From the IMG/VR virus record IMGVR_UViG_3300024289_000512, positions 1 to 28,063 of that record: DNA of 28,063 nucleotides, one strand, 5' to 3'. The notes beneath the pieces were generated by a model. The model ran no database searches and had not been told where the DNA came from. It saw only the letters and a list, made by a program, of their open reading frames with translations. Position 1 is the stretch's first letter. Each line of letters starts with the position of its first letter. The position numbers and the translations under genes are program-made. This document shows positions 24,491-28,063 of this stretch, piece by piece. This DNA comes from a virus. Its lineage: Duplodnaviria > Caudoviricetes.

Positions 24491-24673
24491 ATGGAAGAAA
24501 AAGTAGTCATTACAGAACAATTTTATTTAGACAAGTTTATGGAAATTCAAAGGCAAAATGTAGTGTTGTCTAATTTGCTTAGAGATATTCATGCAGATTC
24601 ATATCTTAGAAAAGCAGTTGAACATAAATTAGGCTCTAGTGCATTTGATATTTTAAAAGATACGCCAGCCTAA
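24491..24673 (+). CDS. 60-aa hypothetical protein
   Basis: Fills the gap; TAATG-coupled to the next radical SAM gene. Confidence 0.7.
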   Translation: MEEKVVITEQFYLDKFMEIQRQNVVLSNLLRDIHADSYLRKAVEHKLGSSAFDILKDTPA

Positions 24674-26082
24674 TGAATAAAATTAAACAGTGGCAAGATA
24701 AAATTGAAACAGTTTCAGGAAGTAAAACTTTCTGCATACTACCATGGATACATTTTGCAACACGCCCTAACGGTGATATGAGATTGTGTTGTAGTGCAAA
24801 TGCCAGCGGCGCCGGAGAAGATCATACCGTTGGTTTAGTTAAAAACGAACGAGGAGTTCCAGCTAACTTTGGACGTGAAACTCCTATGAGCGCATGGAAC
24901 AACGAGTACATGCGAGATGTTCGTTTAACAATGTTAGAAGGTAAAATACCTGCCAGTTGTAGTAAATGTATTGCTGAAGAGTCTCGAGGTGTTGCCAGTA
25001 AACGCATTTGGGAAACAGGCTCTTGGATGGAAGAAGGTATTGATGTAGAAGAATTGATAGCTCAAACAGCAGAAGACGGTACTGTGCCAGAGAAGTTAGT
25101 TTATCTGGATCTTAGATTAGGTCATACTTGCAATTTAAAATGTGTTATGTGCAGTCCGCATGATAGTAGTCAATGGGTGGGCGAGCATAAAAAAATATAT
25201 CCTTTGTTTCAAGCAAAAGAACTTAAAGAACAAATGGCTTGGGACAGGAAAGATTTTAATAATTTCTGGCACGAGAATCCAGACTTCTGGAAAGAAATGT
25301 ATGCCCAGATTCCTAACCTAAAACAAGTATACTTTGCAGGCGGCGAACCTTTAATGATTAGAGAACATAAATGGTTCTTAGAAGAAATTATTAGACAAGG
25401 ATACGCAGATAAGATCCTTATTCGTTATAACACAAATGGATTATTAGTAGATGATGAAATTATCGAATTATGGAAGCAATTCAAAAAAGTTAAAGTCGGC
25501 TTTAGCATTGATGCTGTCGGTGACCGCAATTATTATATACGTTATCCTAGTGACTGGGATACTATCGTACGAAATCTTCACAAGCTGGACAACACTCCCG
25601 ACAACATCCAAGTTAGTATTGCCACTGCTATACAAATATTAAACATCAAACACTTGGCAGAGTTTGCTAAATGGAAAATAACACAAAACTTTAAGAAAGT
25701 AAATTTAGAAAATACTGTAGGTGGCATTCAAGCTGGTGGCGGCATTTTTAATATGCATCTCTTATACATACCAACATTTTTAAGTATTAGGCTATTACCA
25801 AAAGCAGACAAAGAAGAAGTGCGTAAGAGTTTTGGCGAACTTGCTAATTGGTTGCATACTAACTACAGACAAGATACTGATTTTTGGAAAAAGAATCCTT
25901 ATGGTTGGAAACGATGGCTAGCAGTATTAGATTTTATGGATGCCGAGGACCACACAGCCCAACTACCAGCATTTCGAGAATATATAACTACACTTGAAAA
26001 ATCAAGGGGAACAGATTTTAAATCTACGTTTCCTGAACTATCACACTTGCTAGATTATTCAGTCGAAGCTTCTTGTGTTTAA
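24673..26082 (+). CDS. Radical SAM protein with N-terminal twitch/SPASM-like domain
   Basis: N-terminal CILPW...G...LCC...CSKC; core CNLKCVMC, FAGGEPL, YNTNG. Confidence 0.9.
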   Translation: MNKIKQWQDKIETVSGSKTFCILPWIHFATRPNGDMRLCCSANASGAGEDHTVGLVKNERGVPANFGRETPMSAWNNEYMRDVRLTMLEGKIPASCSKCIAEESRGVASKRIWETGSWMEEGIDVEELIAQTAEDGTVPEKLVYLDLRLGHTCNLKCVMCSPHDSSQWVGEHKKIYPLFQAKELKEQMAWDRKDFNNFWHENPDFWKEMYAQIPNLKQVYFAGGEPLMIREHKWFLEEIIRQGYADKILIRYNTNGLLVDDEIIELWKQFKKVKVGFSIDAVGDRNYYIRYPSDWDTIVRNLHKLDNTPDNIQVSIATAIQILNIKHLAEFAKWKITQNFKKVNLENTVGGIQAGGGIFNMHLLYIPTFLSIRLLPKADKEEVRKSFGELANWLHTNYRQDTDFWKKNPYGWKRWLAVLDFMDAEDHTAQLPAFREYITTLEKSRGTDFKSTFPELSHLLDYSVEASCV

Positions 26083-27079
26083 AGATAGGGTCTTTTAAAA
26101 CTTCTTGAAAGTTTTTAAATTCAGGGTGTGCAGAATTCCAAACAGTTCGTTGCCTATAAGTTTCTGCATCCCATGTATTCCAGTCAATAGCTAGTTGAAA
26201 TCCTATACTATAAAATCTTGGATATCGATGTAGTATCAAGTTTGCATAATCAACCATTTCTTTGTAATTTAAATCCTGTACAACAAACTGTGTCATAACA
26301 TAAATGTTAGGGAAGTTTTCTAACTGATGGTTAATATAATCGCAGTTATCTAATAGTGTTTGCCAGTGTCCGCCGACCCTAACAATATTATAAGTAGTTT
26401 CTTTCGCAGCATCAAAACTAATTCTTAAGGCTCGTATCTTGTTGTGCCATTTTGATATTCTGTTCCAGTTTGTAGGTGTAAGCAACACTCCATTAGTTTG
26501 CAGATCTAGTATAACATTAGGCCAAGGTGTTGGATCAAACGTAGTTAAAAAATCTCTAAAAATCTTCGATCCAAACGGATCTCCGCTGCCTGTTATTTCT
26601 AACACAATTTCTTTATCGTGCGGCTTGTCAAATATAAAATTAATAATTTTTTTGTGTAGTTCTTTTTTACGTTCATATTCAGGCCCGCTAGTGTCATAAA
26701 TTTTTCTAGTTCTGCAACTAGGGCAACTTAGATTACAACTTAAATCATTTTCAAAAAATATCTGTGATGGATATTCGTCTGCTTCTGGAGTTCCAATTCT
26801 CTCAGGTAAGCTGTTATCTGCTATATCGTTGCAAACAGAATGATTGCAAAATTTAAAACTAAAATCAAGTATTGAATTTCTTATTTGTTTGGCTTTTTCA
26901 CCGTGCCAAATTTCTTCCAGTGTATTGTCGTACAAGTTGCCTACTTGTTGCGGAAGCCAAGAACTACAACAAAGCCAACAACTACCATCTTCTTTAATGG
27001 CAATTGATTTAAAGGGCCGTTCACAAAACTTGCCCTTTAAGTCTTTTACAATAGGAATTATTTGACTAGTGAGGCCCAT
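26024..27079 (-). CDS. Radical SAM protein with N-terminal SPASM-like domain
   Basis: CERPF...DGSCWLCC...VGNLYDNTLEEIW...C-x-x-x-x-C; core CNLSCPSC, GSGDPF, QTNG. Confidence 0.88.
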   Translation of the reverse strand: MGLTSQIIPIVKDLKGKFCERPFKSIAIKEDGSCWLCCSSWLPQQVGNLYDNTLEEIWHGEKAKQIRNSILDFSFKFCNHSVCNDIADNSLPERIGTPEADEYPSQIFFENDLSCNLSCPSCRTRKIYDTSGPEYERKKELHKKIINFIFDKPHDKEIVLEITGSGDPFGSKIFRDFLTTFDPTPWPNVILDLQTNGVLLTPTNWNRISKWHNKIRALRISFDAAKETTYNIVRVGGHWQTLLDNCDYINHQLENFPNIYVMTQFVVQDLNYKEMVDYANLILHRYPRFYSIGFQLAIDWNTWDAETYRQRTVWNSAHPEFKNFQEVLKDPIFKHKKLRLNNLASVIVQET

Positions 27080-28062
27080 ATTACTTTAAAGTCTTCTTGA
27101 TCTTTTGCTTTAGGTGTACACATACCACAGCCACAACGCTGATTAGGACAAATGATAGGAGTTGGATTTTTTAAACGTTCTTTTAAATCTGCAATAAGTT
27201 TTTCACTATCTTTAAGATTACCAATTGCACCTATTTTTTCACCGTGTAATGCTCGACAAGTTTGATGGTGATATACGTCTCCAAACTCTTGATTAATATG
27301 TAGGAAATACCAATCAACAGTACAACTCCAACCTTTGAAGTGATTGTCAATTAGTTTAATGTCTTGCCATTCATTGTCAACTTTTCCTACAAGGCATCTG
27401 CCTCCACAACATTTACGTCCAATATTTGTTCCTTCGTTACTGTCGCTTGCGGAACCTTTGAAGTTAGTTTTCTTCCAAAACCACTCCTGTTGTTCTTTAC
27501 TGTACACATGACTAGTGCGTCTGTTATTTCCGTCGGCATCTATAAACCAACCACTAATGGCTCTGTTACCATCTCCAATAGGTACGGGGTTATATTTGAT
27601 ACCTTTAGAATCTAGGAAGTCACAAACTTGTGTAACTTCGTCCCAATAGTCAACATGCAGCATTACATTCACTTGTAGCCATAGATTAGTTTGTGAAATA
27701 TCAACTATGTTTTTTAGAACACGATCTTTTAGTTTTTTATCTGCTTCTGGATGATAGCTGATAGATAAACCAAATAGATTATCTAAGACCGTGTCCATTC
27801 TTTTATAGTGCCAGGTTCCATTGGTTGTTAGACTTAAACGCCACCTGTCGTCAATGTTTTTAATTTCTTTAATTAACTTCCAAAAGTTAGGATTGTTAGT
27901 AGGCTCGCCACCTGTGAAATCAATGCCTGGATCATACACAGGATTGACTCTGTGGGCTGTGTAAGTTTCGTACCACTCTTTTGCAAAGTAAAATGTTTTT
28001 AATAAGTCTCCTAAGCTAGAGTGTTTACTATAGTTGTTGTGTCTAGTTGCATCGCAGTAAGT
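27058..28062 (-). CDS. Radical SAM protein, 5' end outside the window
   Basis: The frame stays open upstream of the track's start to the window edge (TYCDATRHNN..., the tail of CxxxCxxC). FTGGEPT, TTNG; Cys-rich C-terminus CCGGRC...CPNQRCGCGMC. Confidence 0.88.
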   Translation of the reverse strand, partial: TYCDATRHNNYSKHSSLGDLLKTFYFAKEWYETYTAHRVNPVYDPGIDFTGGEPTNNPNFWKLIKEIKNIDDRWRLSLTTNGTWHYKRMDTVLDNLFGLSISYHPEADKKLKDRVLKNIVDISQTNLWLQVNVMLHVDYWDEVTQVCDFLDSKGIKYNPVPIGDGNRAISGWFIDADGNNRRTSHVYSKEQQEWFWKKTNFKGSASDSNEGTNIGRKCCGGRCLVGKVDNEWQDIKLIDNHFKGWSCTVDWYFLHINQEFGDVYHHQTCRALHGEKIGAIGNLKDSEKLIADLKERLKNPTPIICPNQRCGCGMCTPKAKDQEDFKVIWASLVK

Positions 28063-28063
28063 A

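Noticed and set aside
24491-24673. RiPP precursor peptide for the radical SAM cluster
   Set aside because: Looks like an amphipathic helical protein with no Cys/Trp core, repeats or recognisable leader; kept as hypothetical, though a partner role is not excluded
21312-27615. Short opposite-strand and alternative-frame ORFs inside the enzyme cluster
   Set aside because: Shadows of the radical SAM and oxygenase genes, without independent evidence
1-28063. Stop-codon recoding, CRISPR array, transposase/integrase or rRNA
   Set aside because: Known genes are full length in the standard code with TAA, TGA and TAG all used as stops. No regularly spaced repeats, recombinase motifs or rRNA-like sequence were seen by eye.

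Overview
A 28 kb segment of a large, AT-rich, tailed-phage genome. T4-like/jumbo-phage affinity is inferred from gene content and promoter grammar; the genetic code is standard. Bases 1-19286 are a dense minus-strand block of accessory genes. It includes a QueD homologue truncated at the edge, a tail/virion-like protein, a radical SAM enzyme, BI-1/YccA, a MazG-like pyrophosphatase, ATP-dependent DNA ligase, ClpP, SPFH, several lipoproteins, a metallophosphoesterase, IF-1 and two HExxH paralogues. This block has seven near-consensus sigma70-type promoters and three T4-late-like TAAATA boxes (a fourth, on the + strand, precedes the enzyme cluster). Several real small genes were missed by the ORF track. 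Bases 19363-28063 are a biosynthetic-like enzyme cluster: five radical SAM proteins, a methyltransferase, three 2OG-Fe(II)/cupin oxygenases (one fused to a cold-shock domain) and a degenerate kinase-fold protein. The highlights are a 113-nt tRNA-like RNA with a non-canonical anticodon arm and its own promoter, the radical SAM/oxygenase cluster next to it, a riboswitch-like leader on queD, a ClpX zinc-finger-like mini-gene coupled to clpP, and T4-style late control elements. All calls come from motif reading by eye; no database searches were run.
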